Assembly (NCBI GenBank): GCA_043228905.1
Contig: JBHGNT010000021.1
Coordinates: 186,001-250,000, forward strand
Origin: Azolla caroliniana
Lineage: Eukaryota; Plantae; Polypodiophyta
Length of the DNA stretch: 64,000 bases
Direction: 5' to 3'
Shown piece by piece: positions 50,401 through 62,290 of this stretch. The stretch's first letter is position 1. Each line of letters starts with the position of its first letter. The translations under genes were made by a program, and so were the position numbers. The notes below the pieces were generated by a model. That model was not told the origin of the DNA, made no database searches, and saw only the letters and a list, made by a program, of their open reading frames with translations.

Positions 50401-52369
50401 TAGAGCTCGTAATGGAACAGCAAATCATGTGAGACAAGTCAATGTAAAACCATTCAAATGAAAATTTCAAATGAGATCCTGATATGAAAACAAAAACGTT
50501 ACAGAAGAAGTCAAAGTGTGCATGCGTGCATTATTTTCATTTAGATAGTTTATACTACAAAATAGTAGCTACCCTTCTTAGGCAGGAGCTTAAATGAAAG
50601 CTTCAAATGAGATCTTGCTAGGAAAACAAAAAAGTTAGAGAAGTCACCATGTGTGCATGTGTGCATTATTTTGACATAGATAGTTTATACTACAAATTTA
50701 TAGTAGCTCCCCTTCTGAGGAAGGAGTCATACAAGATGATACGTTTATTTAATTCCATAGGTCAAATTTGTCCTCTTCATGGACGATAAAATTTCTATTC
50801 TATTCACTTAACTGTACAACAAGGAAAAACGATTTTGCTTTTACTTTCTTTGGGTACTATTTGCGTTAAGCACCATTGCTATAGATTCAGGTCTATAACA
50901 GCATCTTAAATAATACATAAGTAAAAGAAAACATTTGCAGGAAAGCTAGATCAACGTTTTGAATATCCAAAATCATTACGGAACCTGGTAGAATAACGCA
51001 ATCACAATCATAGCGCACATTATTAGGTCATTATATTTAACATATATACCTCATTCCCATGCATGTTAACCAGAGTCATCAATTCTGCCCTCCGAAATAA
51101 AGCTAAGTGACTTTTCCCAAGCATGAAATCCAGCAGCTGCATGTACATTTAGAAGAAAACGTATCTTGATTCAGATGCTTTCAAAGCTCAACTGATAGAA
51201 TCCCCCCCCCCCCCCACACACACACACAGAATAGTATAATAAGACAGATATTGTTGGAACGGAAAATATACACAGATTACCATACATTAAATTCAAAAAC
51301 CTCCTACGAAGTTGGATGTTCAGTTTCACATGACAAATATAGATGACATGATACCTTGCTAATAGGAAATGTTACAGGGAAAAACAGAATGACCAGCAGG
51401 CGTACAACAGGTGTCATTGCTGCACCTACAGCTAAGCCATACCTTGAGCAGACAGCTTGAGGGAGAATCTGTAAAACGAAAAATCAGCAGCAGCAGAAAC
51501 CATACTATTAACCAGAAAAGTAGGCTTCATGGGTAAACCAGATTAAGAAATAAACCTCGCCAAACATCAGAATCAGTGTCACTGAGATCAGGACAGCACC
51601 CCAAGCATTTACTAATTCATCAAGAAATATTGGTAAAGCCTGCAAGCAAGATAGAAAAAGTTAAAACTGTACCTCTTCACAATTGGAATAATTGAAAAGA
51701 GAATAAGGTTATAGCATACCTCCATGGCAAGGGCATTACCTATCAAAAGGGTACACAGCAATAAATGTCGATTCTTCACAACAGGATGGATTTTAGCTGG
51801 TCAGATCATCAAATTTGAAAATGAACAGATAAAATACAGGAGATATTTTATTATACGTTTCCACTAATTCTATAATTGGAGAGCACAAGTGCACAGATTT
51901 CCTGGAAGCACTCAAATGGTGTATGGCTAATAGAGTTTATATAATGCAGTAGCTTCTCCAGACTACTTGAACGAATGTACAGAATTCTCCGAATCACTTA
52001 AAGCAGTGTGTCAATTGTGAATACTATTTTGCATGCTCTAATTGTAAATCCTTGGAAGCACTTAAAATCACGTGCAGCTAATTCAGGAGCATAAATGCTG
52101 TAAATTCACATGCACTTAAGTATAGTAGTAAATCAAATAGAAAATGTTTTGGGGTTCCAATAATCTGAACTGATTTTAGATCATTGAAAACGCTAACCTG
52201 CATGTCTCCGATCCTTTGCTGTACCAGATTTAATCAACACTTCCAAATCGACAAGACCGAGGGACATCAGTCCTAGGGTGAGCCCTGACATCATCCCAGC
52301 AAAGAGCACAAGACCTGCGCTGCTGAGGATGTAGATCCAAAAGGAGGAATCACAGCAATGTTTTGTCAT
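44474..52369 (-). CDS. DUF21/CNNM-CBS domain metal (Mg2+) transporter, multi-exon
   Basis: Exons encode [113 protein letters not shown] and [16 protein letters not shown]. The last exon (44606-44474) is tentative; the alternative stop is at 46720. Confidence 0.88.
45290..46520 (+). mobile_element. Degenerate Copia pol fragment
   Basis: [57 protein letters not shown]; many lesions. Confidence 0.88.
50466..50727. repeat. Diverged ~137-bp intronic tandem duplication
   Basis: TTCAAATGAGATC..TAGATAGTTTATACTACAAA..AGGAG occurs twice. Confidence 0.75.
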
Positions 52370-53749
52370 ATTACTCGGAAGTTACAAGTAAAATCTGCAA
52401 GAATAATTTTCTTTTAACCCATATTGTCAATCAGATGGAAGTGATTTCTTCAGTAGAAATAAAAAATGCAGAAATATTATTGAATATCATATTCAATTTT
52501 TGAATTTTATCATACACATATACCATTAGATTGTGGAGAGTTTACAAATTTAACAGCAAATAGGTTCACAATTTAAGATATTTGTTAAAATTTTCAACAA
52601 ACATGGTGATGAAGTTTTATAGCTAGTGTTTACTGTTTTGCCAAACACTTCGTATTAGAATCTCAATCACACAGAGTTGTATTTGGTTCCTAGACCTAGT
52701 TAAAGAAAATAGCTGCCCATGAAGAATATCTGGAATAATGAGGGCTGATTAATGCAACTAGAAGAACTTCTTGCTGTAGAAAAATGATAAAGATTGAGAC
52801 AGAAAGAGCTTGAAATAAAACTAATCAATTCAGATTAAAAACTGATTATAGTATTTGTTAAACCAAATGTTCAATTAATCTCAATTACTTTTTACGAACC
52901 TGATTTTCTTCTTCGTGATGTTCTTCTTCTTTGAGGAAAGTTTGTTAAACTGATCAATCCAGATCAAAAGCTTCATAGAAAAGAAGGAATAGACATTAAA
53001 ACTGAATTTTCTAATTGCGTTAAAAGGCAGGTTTTGTCATTTTAGATGAACGAATGCTTTGCACAAATATGATATTATTGATGTCTTTGTTACGTTCTGC
53101 TCAAGGGGAGAAAAACTGTCAAATTGATCTTTGCATATCAAAGTCGAGAAGAAGAAACAAAAGTGAAGGAAATATTAAGTGAAAACTGAAGAGCTAAGAC
53201 ATTAATGTCAATGGAAGCCTTTGGCTCTTTAAATAAAATGATGGTTTGCACAGACCAGATTCTGCTTTCTATTTATTAGACTTCTTTATTCCTCTTCTTC
53301 TTCTCAGTAAAATAAGTGGAAAGACGATGAGATTTGGCGTTTTAGATGAATGAATGAACTTTGCGAATGCCTGAAATTTTCTACTGCTACTGCTTCTTTT
53401 TCTTTATTTACTTTATTCTTCCTCCTCCTTCTCGTCTTTCCTGATCAGAGGATATACATACTTGTGAACGTTGTCCTTTTGTATGAATGAATTGATTTTT
53501 TTGCACAAAACCTGATCCTTTAGAGCTGGTGCTTCTTTTTCTTATTATTAGCTTGTATTTATGCCTCTTTGGACCTACATGTTTATGTTATTGAATGCTT
53601 TTATTATATTTGTTAGGCTTTGTAAGCCTTTTGTTTTCAGACAATATTCGTTGTGAAAACTTAAAAGCGATTAATTATGTTGACAAGGTTGTGGGTTCAA
53701 GGTTAGATTTGGCATTTCAACTTAGTACGATCTTTACCTTTTAATATAG

Positions 53750-54335
53750 TCTTCTTTTTTTCCCAAAAGAACTCCTTCCATTAGTTATAAAAAATTACAA
53801 ATGAGATCATTATGTACAAATCCTTGTAGGGACGCGATAGTTCCATCTTATGTGGATGCCCACTGACTCAAGAAAGGGAGAGGAGGACCATTGTTGGATG
53901 AAGGCTATTCGTTGTCTTTCAACTCCATTGGAGCCGCCATTGAGGCCATCATATTAGAGTGGCTACAATTTCACACCATATCTCTTGCAGTAACATTGTT
54001 GGATGTGTGGTTTGGTTGGAGAAGCCTCATCTACACCGTTGTTTCCATAGAATCTAGAGAGTTATTGGGTTGACCAATTCCAATACAACTTGAGATTTGT
54101 CATTAAGAGGACTTGAGTGGACATTGCTCCTAGTGGAGAAAAAAACCTCTTGTGCTTTTATCACCAAAGTCATCCCCTCCTCCTGATGCTCGTATCTACC
54201 AATTGGGGTCTACAAGGATAACCAACATATATTACCCCACTTGATTGAGCCTTGCACCTGGCATAATTGCAACAAGCGGCCAACCCCCCACCATATTCTA
54301 TGGGACACTGGGCAGTCCCACAGAGCGTGTCGTAT
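53750..54335 (-). mobile_element. Second, shorter copy of the L1-type LINE 3' end
   Basis: Colinear and highly similar to about 41420-42012 (ACTCCTTCCATTAGTTATAA..IRHALWDCP). Confidence 0.88.
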
Positions 54336-55688
54336 TGAACTTGCACTTAAAAAAAGAGAGTATAAAGATAATTCAATATTTTGGTAAGTAGTATCACAAA
54401 TTGGTACATTCGGAAGGCCAAGTGCTTGAAGGTATTCCAAAATGTGACAGAAATACTTGCTCAAACAATTATTGGGCTTTGGAGAGAGATTGTCCATGAT
54501 CTAAAAGGTTATTTGGAAAAGAAATAATGATTCGATAATGTGAAGATTCTAGCCCCAAAACTAAACCGATATGTCAAGGTTCCAAGTCAACACATTCAAT
54601 GATGGGTCTAACCAGTAACATCGCGGTTATGACATCAAGTCTATGTGACTCATGTGAAATTTTGATTTTCTTTTTACTTTTAAAGCGTGTACAATAACTC
54701 ACTTTCGAGTGGCCCAAGGGTTGAAAACTACAACAATTCCTCAAAGAGGATGATGTTATTTATAAGAATGTAATTTGTTGTAGCTAATCAATTCTCAAGT
54801 CTAACATCACAACAGTTTTTTGGTAACATTTTTGTTAGCAATTGTCTTGACAATATTTTCATGCCACTCATAATGGTGCACTCATAACCACCTCAACATT
54901 GGTAATCAATGACCAATTGAACCCTGTAATATCAAACCAATTGTTGAGGTCATTTTATTTTATTGCTCATTTGACATTTTTCGGCCATCAATCCACTTCG
55001 GTTTAAATGATAATTGAAAGCCCCCTCATCTATCAAGGAAACCTATTTTTCAACTTCCAAATGATGATCGTAGGTTTTTTATTAGTCATGTACTTCAATT
55101 AAACCTGTTCATATCAGCCTTTGTTGAAATGTCATTGTTTCCTTGACTTTTATATTCCATTGCATAAAATTCCCATGATTGGGTAAATGTAAATTTGCAT
55201 CAAAATATTGCTCCAGTAAATCACACGTCATTTTTTAATATCATCTTTAACAAACAATGAAGAGATTACATCAACATGTTCAAGCAATATGCCAAAGACA
55301 TTGTCATTAAACACCAAATGAAACAAGTATGGACATTTCCATAAATTATTGCTCATGAAGCTCTTTAATGAGACATGAATGTTGTAGTGGAAAAGCTTTA
55401 TGCCTCACAAAACGAAGCTTCTAGGATCATATTCTCAAGCAAGAGGTTTGATGTTGTATACATTATGTATATCAATTATTGATATGTTTAGTTTGAGACC
55501 CTACACACTAACAATTGCTCCTAAAAACAATAAACAAAAGTGATATTTACTATCGCTTGCAAAACAAGTAAGAAAATATAGTTGTCGAACTCATGTGCAG
55601 ATATGTCTTGTATTGCATTTGAATGAAAACATTTTGCAGTATACCCTTATTTCGAATTGAAGACACCATTCTTCATACATATGAGGAA

Positions 55689-55759
55689 TTTATTCAACTA
55701 AGACTTAAGATCCTAAATTTGAATGTCGAGTTTAGGATCTTAAGTTTGAGTTGAATAAA
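55689..55759. repeat. Short AT-rich palindrome (~30-bp arms)
   Basis: TTTATTCAACTAAGACTTAAGATCCTAAA ... TTTAGGATCTTAAGTTTGAGTTGAATAAA. Confidence 0.8.
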
Positions 55760-56001
55760 ACCCACTATCCATATCAGCCTTCGTAGTATTTTTCCCAACG
55801 ATTCACCACTTGTTTTTTTTTTCCCAAAAAAGAGCTATTTTCCCATTAGTTATGAGAGATTTTTATAGAAAGACTATAGTAATATATAAATCAAGGAAAC
55901 ACCCCTAGCCGAGTTCAAGAATATAAGACTACCTACATATCCTCTCCTACTTTCTCCTTAATGCAAGTACCTAGATAAAGACAAGGAATGGCACTCTACA
56001 T

Positions 56002-56073
56002 AGCTTCCAACGAGGATTGAACTCGTGACCTTTCGCTTACGAAGCGAATGCAATACCACCATGCTATGGAAGC
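56002..56073 (-). tRNA. tRNA-Thr(CGT)
   Basis: Minus strand reads GCTTCCATAGCATGGTGGTATTGCATTCGCTTCGTAAGCGAAAGGTCACGAGTTCAATCCTCGTTGGAAGCT: 7-bp acceptor stem, anticodon arm TTCGC-TT CGT AA-GCGAA, T arm ACGAG-TTCAATC-CTCGT. Confidence 0.9.
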
Positions 56074-57739
56074 AAGATAAAAATTCAATATATTTCAATA
56101 CAAGAGCTTACAAAGCAATATAATGTGATACACCATGTATTTTTTTCAAAAATCGGTGTTTGTGCTCAATGGCATAGATGTATGCTTATTATGTATGATT
56201 ATTAACATTTTCTTTATGCATAATTATAATATGGTTTTCCAAAGATGAAAAATATGGTATTTATTGCTTTGGAATTTCTAGGTCTTTTAAGTGAGTTAGA
56301 CACCATCATTTTAAAGTTGGGTGTTTGTTCACGGTCATGATACCGAGGAGGTAAGTGCCAAGTCGTTATCCCTATATAGAGATCTCAAATTGGACTCCCA
56401 AAACCAAATCAAGTTAAACACGATTGATTGCCAATTTGTGTCTTTTTGAGGTTGGCTAGGCAAACATCTTTTAATTCACATCAAGCTTGGAAAACCAAGA
56501 CTAGTCTATAATGTTCAGATGGAGGACAATAAAGCAATATGGAAAAAGAGTGCAAATCTCAGCAAACATTTTTCTAAGGTGTAATACTTGCTTGTTTTTG
56601 CAACCTATCAGAGTGCTTGTTCCTTCAATCTATTGCTAAACGAATTTCGGATTTTCAACATTCAACAAAAAAGTAGATTGATGTGCTTTTTGCTTCCTTT
56701 TCATCATTTTTTCCCTAGTTTTCAATTTATCTATACAAAATATTTTAAGCCAACCTCTCTCGAAACATATGTTTAGATCTTAATGCAACAATGTAGTTCG
56801 AAAGATGTAGTAGAGAAAAAATCATGGGCCTCATACATGAGCATCAGTCAATGATCATGTGGATATTGCAAGTTACATGACCATAAATGTATACCCTTGT
56901 CAAGGGTTTTTCAAAAACATGCCTTGATAATTGAACAATGTATGTATATGTCATATGAGGCGTCATGGGTTTATACGAGAATGTTAAGTATGTATTTCCT
57001 TTTCAGTAGTTCTTAATATCAAGACAACCACAATAGAAATAATAATAAAATGCAACCATCAACAAATATTCTCTAAAAGTTAAGATATCTTTTGAATATC
57101 AAACAATACACAACTTGTGGGATATCAAAACATGAGAGTGTTTTTGACAAAATCAATGTAGTATCAATGTGGGAGGAGGGAAATACAAGACATCATCACA
57201 TTTGTCACTTGACCTCGTTATAAAAGCATAGGCTACATCAATATTATTAATATTATAGAAATATATCATTCTAAGGAAATCACATAGGGATGTTGTGTAT
57301 TAAAAAAAAAAAGTTTAAAGATGTAATTTCTTGTGATTCTAATTTTATTTCCGAAATTTGAAGGAAACAAAAGGAAACATTGAAGAATATTTCCACGAGG
57401 AGAGGTAATTTTTTTTGGTGATAATCGGAGAGAGTATTTTCTCGATGGTCGTGGAGATGAATATGGTCAGTTTCGACATGGGAGTCAACAATTGTGGGCT
57501 AATCAAGGTGTCCTGTCGCGTTTTATTACAAGGTGGAGAATGAGTTAAAGGAAAACAAAGGAAAATTGTTCTCATTAGGGAACCGGAGGGCATGCTCACA
57601 TTCGAACGGAGGAGAAACTACTATGTTCATTACATGGATTTGGAGGTAACTGCGAGATGGTTGATATGGAAAGATGAAGCATACTTCTTGAGTTTTTGAT
57701 AAGGGTGAGTGTTGCCTGCTCAAAGATGGGTAATTGGGA

Positions 57740-58145
57740 CAAAGGTCAAGGAGATTGCTAAAGATGGGTACAAAAGAGATCGATCTCTTGGTAATGCTTT
57801 GATAGACATGTACGCAAAATGTGCCTCGCTTATGCTATCATGACTTGTATTGAGGATCTACAAAGTCAAGATGAGATATTTATGTATGTGTCCTTCAAAT
57901 ATACTTATAATAGGGTATGTGAACATTGACCTACTTTCTGGATATCCTGAGTATGGTATGTTGGTATGGTTATGTTGAAGATCTTCAGTACCATGCTAAA
58001 CCAGATGCAAATAGAGGGTGTATCCCCAAGTTCTGCCATCTTTGTCTACAACATGAAGAAGATGGGTTCCAGAGGCTCCTAACTATAGAAACATGGATGT
58101 TTTGATGAAACACTAATGGTTTTGAGATGATGGAGCTTGATGGCG
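57740..58145 (+). pseudogene. PLS-class PPR gene fragment
   Basis: LGNALIDMYAKCASL and QMQIEGVSPSSAIFV; frameshifted. Confidence 0.65.
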
Positions 58146-58147
58146 TC

Positions 58148-59045
58148 CATGAATTTGCAACTATTGTTGGTTATCTAAACCATATTTTTGTAGAGGGAGA
58201 GTGATTGCATTTCATCGATTGGGACTTCCAAAAGTTTACAAAAAGAAAGTCACAAAGTTTTAGCAGTGCTTGGGAGAGCTCCAAGTCAAGCACTCGATCT
58301 AACTAGGTATTAGTATACCGGCAGAACTTCAGTTGTGAAGACTAGCACTCATCATTCTAATGTGCATTTAAACTCAAATGTTCTTACAGACAGAGATGTT
58401 TGGATGCCAAAAGTTTTGATGACCGCAAAAGATTTGAGAGAATCTTTGACTGACTTAACTGAATTGCCAAAGTTAACAAAGATTGAACCAAAGAGCACTA
58501 AACATATTGAATTGTACAAAAGGAGGGTCAAAATGATGGTAAGGATAGAAAGGAACCAAAATATCACAGTGGGGTTTTGAGAAAAATCTGTATTGATAGC
58601 TTCAATCGGAAAAATGTTGCTCAATATGGTTATGGCTTGGCTATCTTAGGTCATCCGTTATTCTCCTTGGGCCTGTCAGATATTCCCAAGGTTGATCCAC
58701 ACAGAAGTATAACAGATGCTCTGATGGATATGTATCAAAATATGGGAGATGCATTGGCATTACAATATGGTGGATCTACTGCTCTTAATGTTGTTTTTCT
58801 TGAGAGGTATGGAAGGGAAACCCTCACTTTGCGAGTTGGATTCTAATTATTCCTTACATGTTGGGAGTAATGGTGATGATTCACATGAATACGATGCTTG
58901 GTATAAGAAGTTGCTTTCAAGTGTGGACTTAACTAAGGACTTCGTTTTAGTTGCACATAACCAATTATGTAAAGCTTACAAAGGAATATGCTTGTTGATG
59001 AGGCTGAGAGGATTCCATATGAAAACATGTTTGTTTGGAATTGTT
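58148..59045 (+). pseudogene. SAC/FIG4-type phosphoinositide phosphatase fragments
   Basis: EFATIVGYLN..FIDWDFQKF..ALDLT..SGVLRKICIDSFNRKNVAQYGYGL..LMDMYQNMGDALALQYGGS, followed by YKKLLSSVDLTKDF and PYENMFVWN; contains stops and a degenerate CX5R motif. Confidence 0.8.
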
Positions 59046-59422
59046 TTGTATGTTGTAGCTAATATGCCTTTTTAAAAACTAATGGAAGTATATTTTGTTT
59101 TGAAATAAAATAAAATAAAACTGTAAGCTTTTGGGCAGATAAGCTCAAGTTGTAGCCTTCGAGTGTTTTTCCTTTATACTATTGAAGAAAATCTTTGAAG
59201 GAAAAAAGAAGACGAAGGAAACATTGAGAACGATGAAGGATATAATCATAACTAAAGGATATATCTTACAAAGGTTCATTATATGCAAACTTTCTTTTAA
59301 CTTATTATATTTGACACCCACTTCATGGAGTTTTGGCATTAGAAGTGGCTTATCTCAAACCTAAAGAATAATATTGTACAACCTATATGCAAACTTTCTT
59401 TTATCTTATTATATTTGACACT

Positions 59423-59904
59423 TGTTGGGAAATCGGTCCCTCCGGATGGGATCCAGTGTTGAATGAAGAGGACCCGGTGAGAACCTCAAGAGTTCGTGCT
59501 GAAGAAGATCCACACGGACGAGAACAGGTCGGATATGTTGACCAAGGTGTTGACGACCAACAAGCTTGATGTGTGCCGAAAGCGGGTCGGGCTGACGAGA
59601 CATCCCATGCCGGAGTGAAGGGGGAGTTTGTTGGGAAATCGGTCCCTCTGGATGGGATCCGGTGTTGAATGAAGAGGACCCGGTGAGAACCGGGAGAGAT
59701 CCAGAAACCGGAGGAGACCCGGGGAGAACCGGAAGAGAAGACAGATTTGTAAATATGTCTTGAGTAAGCCTATTGAGCCTATATTTGTAAATAGCCCTAA
59801 GTTCATATAAGTATAAATAAGACTTAGGGCAATCATTGTGATGAGTGAGTGTTGTATGTGAAGATTTGTTGTAGGTTTATAACTACTCTACAAAGAGCGA
59901 CAGT

Positions 59905-59935
<31 letters not shown>

Positions 59936-60202
59936 TAGCTACGAGCACTGTCAATTGTAACCGCCGTTTGGCAAAGATAGCAAGCTCGAGGTTGTTGCCT
60001 CTGTGCCTCCACTTTGTATTTCCTCTCATATAGTGATAGTTGGAGTCTGTGGGTTCCCGTGGTTTTTCCCTATTAGGGTTTTCCACGTAAACATCATGTG
60101 CCATTTCTGTGTACTCTCTACTTCCCATTTCTGTGTTTCATTCTTAGTGAAGTGTTCGAGACTCGGTTGTGGTCGAGCGATATTCCGCACTATTTCTCAA
60201 CA
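59423..60202. mobile_element. Solo LTR (780 bp)
   Basis: TGTTG...CAACA termini, 5-bp TSD ACACT/ACACC, internal TATAAATA, internal direct repeat 59423-59485 versus about 59629-59691. Confidence 0.85.
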
Positions 60203-60401
60203 ACACCCACTTCATGGAGTTTTGGCATAAGAAGTGGCTTACGATGAGTGATGATGGTGTGGGATTGAAGCATATTATCATGAGTAGGTGCATTCATGTC
60301 TGCTTTTGTAGGTTTAAGCTATTGGGGATACTCGATGATAGTGAGATGGATGATGTGGCCTTGAGGAAGCTGTTTTTTCTGTTTTTTTATCAGGATGAGT
60401 G

Positions 60402-61562
60402 ATTAGAATTAGAATTTTTATCGTCCATAAAGAGGCCAATTTTGACCTATGGGACCAGAGTATGCATGTGTTCTTGATATATGTCTCCTTCCTAAGAAGG
60501 GTTATTCATATGTTCAAGCACAAAGTCTCTATGTGTTAATAAAGCATACACATATGAGCTCAACCTTCTAGGTGGTGTCTTAAGTATGGATCTTAAGTTA
60601 TCACTCCCTCTTAGTATGTCAACATATCTTGAACGAATTGCACTATATGTCGAGCATGTGAAGAGCAAGTGACATTCATCCTCTACCATGCCTTCATTGC
60701 ATACTTTACATGTCTTCAAATTCGTTACATTTTGATGCTATGATGCAACTTCAATACCTAACTTGTGAGATCGAGTGCGAAGTAGTGTAAGGGCTCTACG
60801 AGCATTGCTACTCATATTGGTAATGAGATAAGGTTGGATACGATCAATAGACATTCTTGCTTTATATTGAGACCAACATTCAGGGTTGACATTTGCAATG
60901 TAGTATTCTAGATTTGTCCTCTTAGCATCCTCCCACTTCATCCTTAATGATTCCACCAACCTTTCCTCAATCATTACATATTGCATAGCATTTCTTGAAA
61001 GCTCTAAAAGATCATCCACACCCCATCTTCTAAACCATTTCTTTATGTCAACAACCCAACCAGATGAGAGAATCTTACTTTTATGATTCTTTTATTGCTT
61101 ACATCCAACATTCCAAGAAAGATGTGGTAATCGATGATTCGGCATATTCTTGTCTTTTGTAATGTATTTATATACTCTTTGGAGTGCTAATAGTTCTATG
61201 GGTCGAACACCAATTTCCAAGAGCATAACCTAGTAAGAGGTAGTGCTTTAACTCCTAATTGCCTCCTTAAAAACATCTTTTGAATTTTCTCAATCTCGTT
61301 CCATGCATTAAGAGAGATGGTGCCACCCCATACTTCTACTCCATAAAGCAATACTTGAGTTACCATGGCATTGAACAACATTAATTTTACTTCCCATCCA
61401 CAAGTATCACTTTGGTTGCATTGGTTCTCCAAAATGTAATATGATTTCCAACCAGCTTGGAGTCTAGAATCAAAGCATGCACTCCATTTATTTGTGGTTG
61501 GTACATCAATACCAAGATATTTAAAGCTTTGAACAAATTGTATATGTTCACCTTTATATGAT
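60402..61562 (-). mobile_element. 5'-truncated LINE (RTE-like)
   Basis: VQSFKYLGIDVP..LFNAMVTQVLLYGVEVWGG..RTRSHKLGIEV..CKVCNEGMVEDECHLLFTC; (TTCTAA)n-like tail. Confidence 0.88.
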
Positions 61563-62290
61563 GGTGTGGGAGCTAAAGTAAATTTTCATGAGTATGTGAG
61601 AAACTATTTTGAAACTCAATGGCGAGATGGTCGGCAAGATGGTTGATGTGGATTGAATGAAGCAGGTTTATTTTTCATTGCGATGATTGATGATGGTACG
61701 ACGACCAAAGCATATCATGAGGAGATGTGGAAATCGTTTAGACTCATTTTGTTGCTTTTTTTTATAAGCCATTGGTGGTAATCGGCGAGATGTTAATGTG
61801 AATGAGGTTGTTTTTTGTTTGGAGATAAGGATGAGTGAGAAGCATAATTTCTTGAGGAGCCGTCGTTTGAGGCATCTGATTTCTGTTTTTCATTACGATG
61901 AATGATGATGGTGTGGGAATTGAAGCATACTATCATGAGTTGGTGGGGAATTTTTTTAACTCATTTCTTGTGTTGTCAATACAAGATGTTGCTAGTAATC
62001 ATCGCGATGGCGACATGGTCAGGCGAGAGGGTTGATGTGGACTGAACGAAGTAGGTTTTACATTTTTCATTAGGATGATTGATGATGGCGGCGTGGATTG
62101 AAGCATATTTCCATGAGAAAAGGATGAATGATGATGGTGCGGGGGCTGAAGCATATCATCAGGAGATGAGGAAACTACACTCATTTTGTTATTGGTGATG
62201 AGGATTGAATGAAGCAAATTTTTGTTTTGGGATAAGGATGAGTGAAGATTTTGTGGGGGTCGAAGCACATTTTCTTGAGGAGATGACAAC
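61560..62290. repeat. Degenerate GATGA/GAAGCA-rich repeat array, continuous with 60240-60400 and split by the LINE
   Basis: Recurrent GATGARTGATGATGGTG..GAAGCATA units. Confidence 0.6.
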
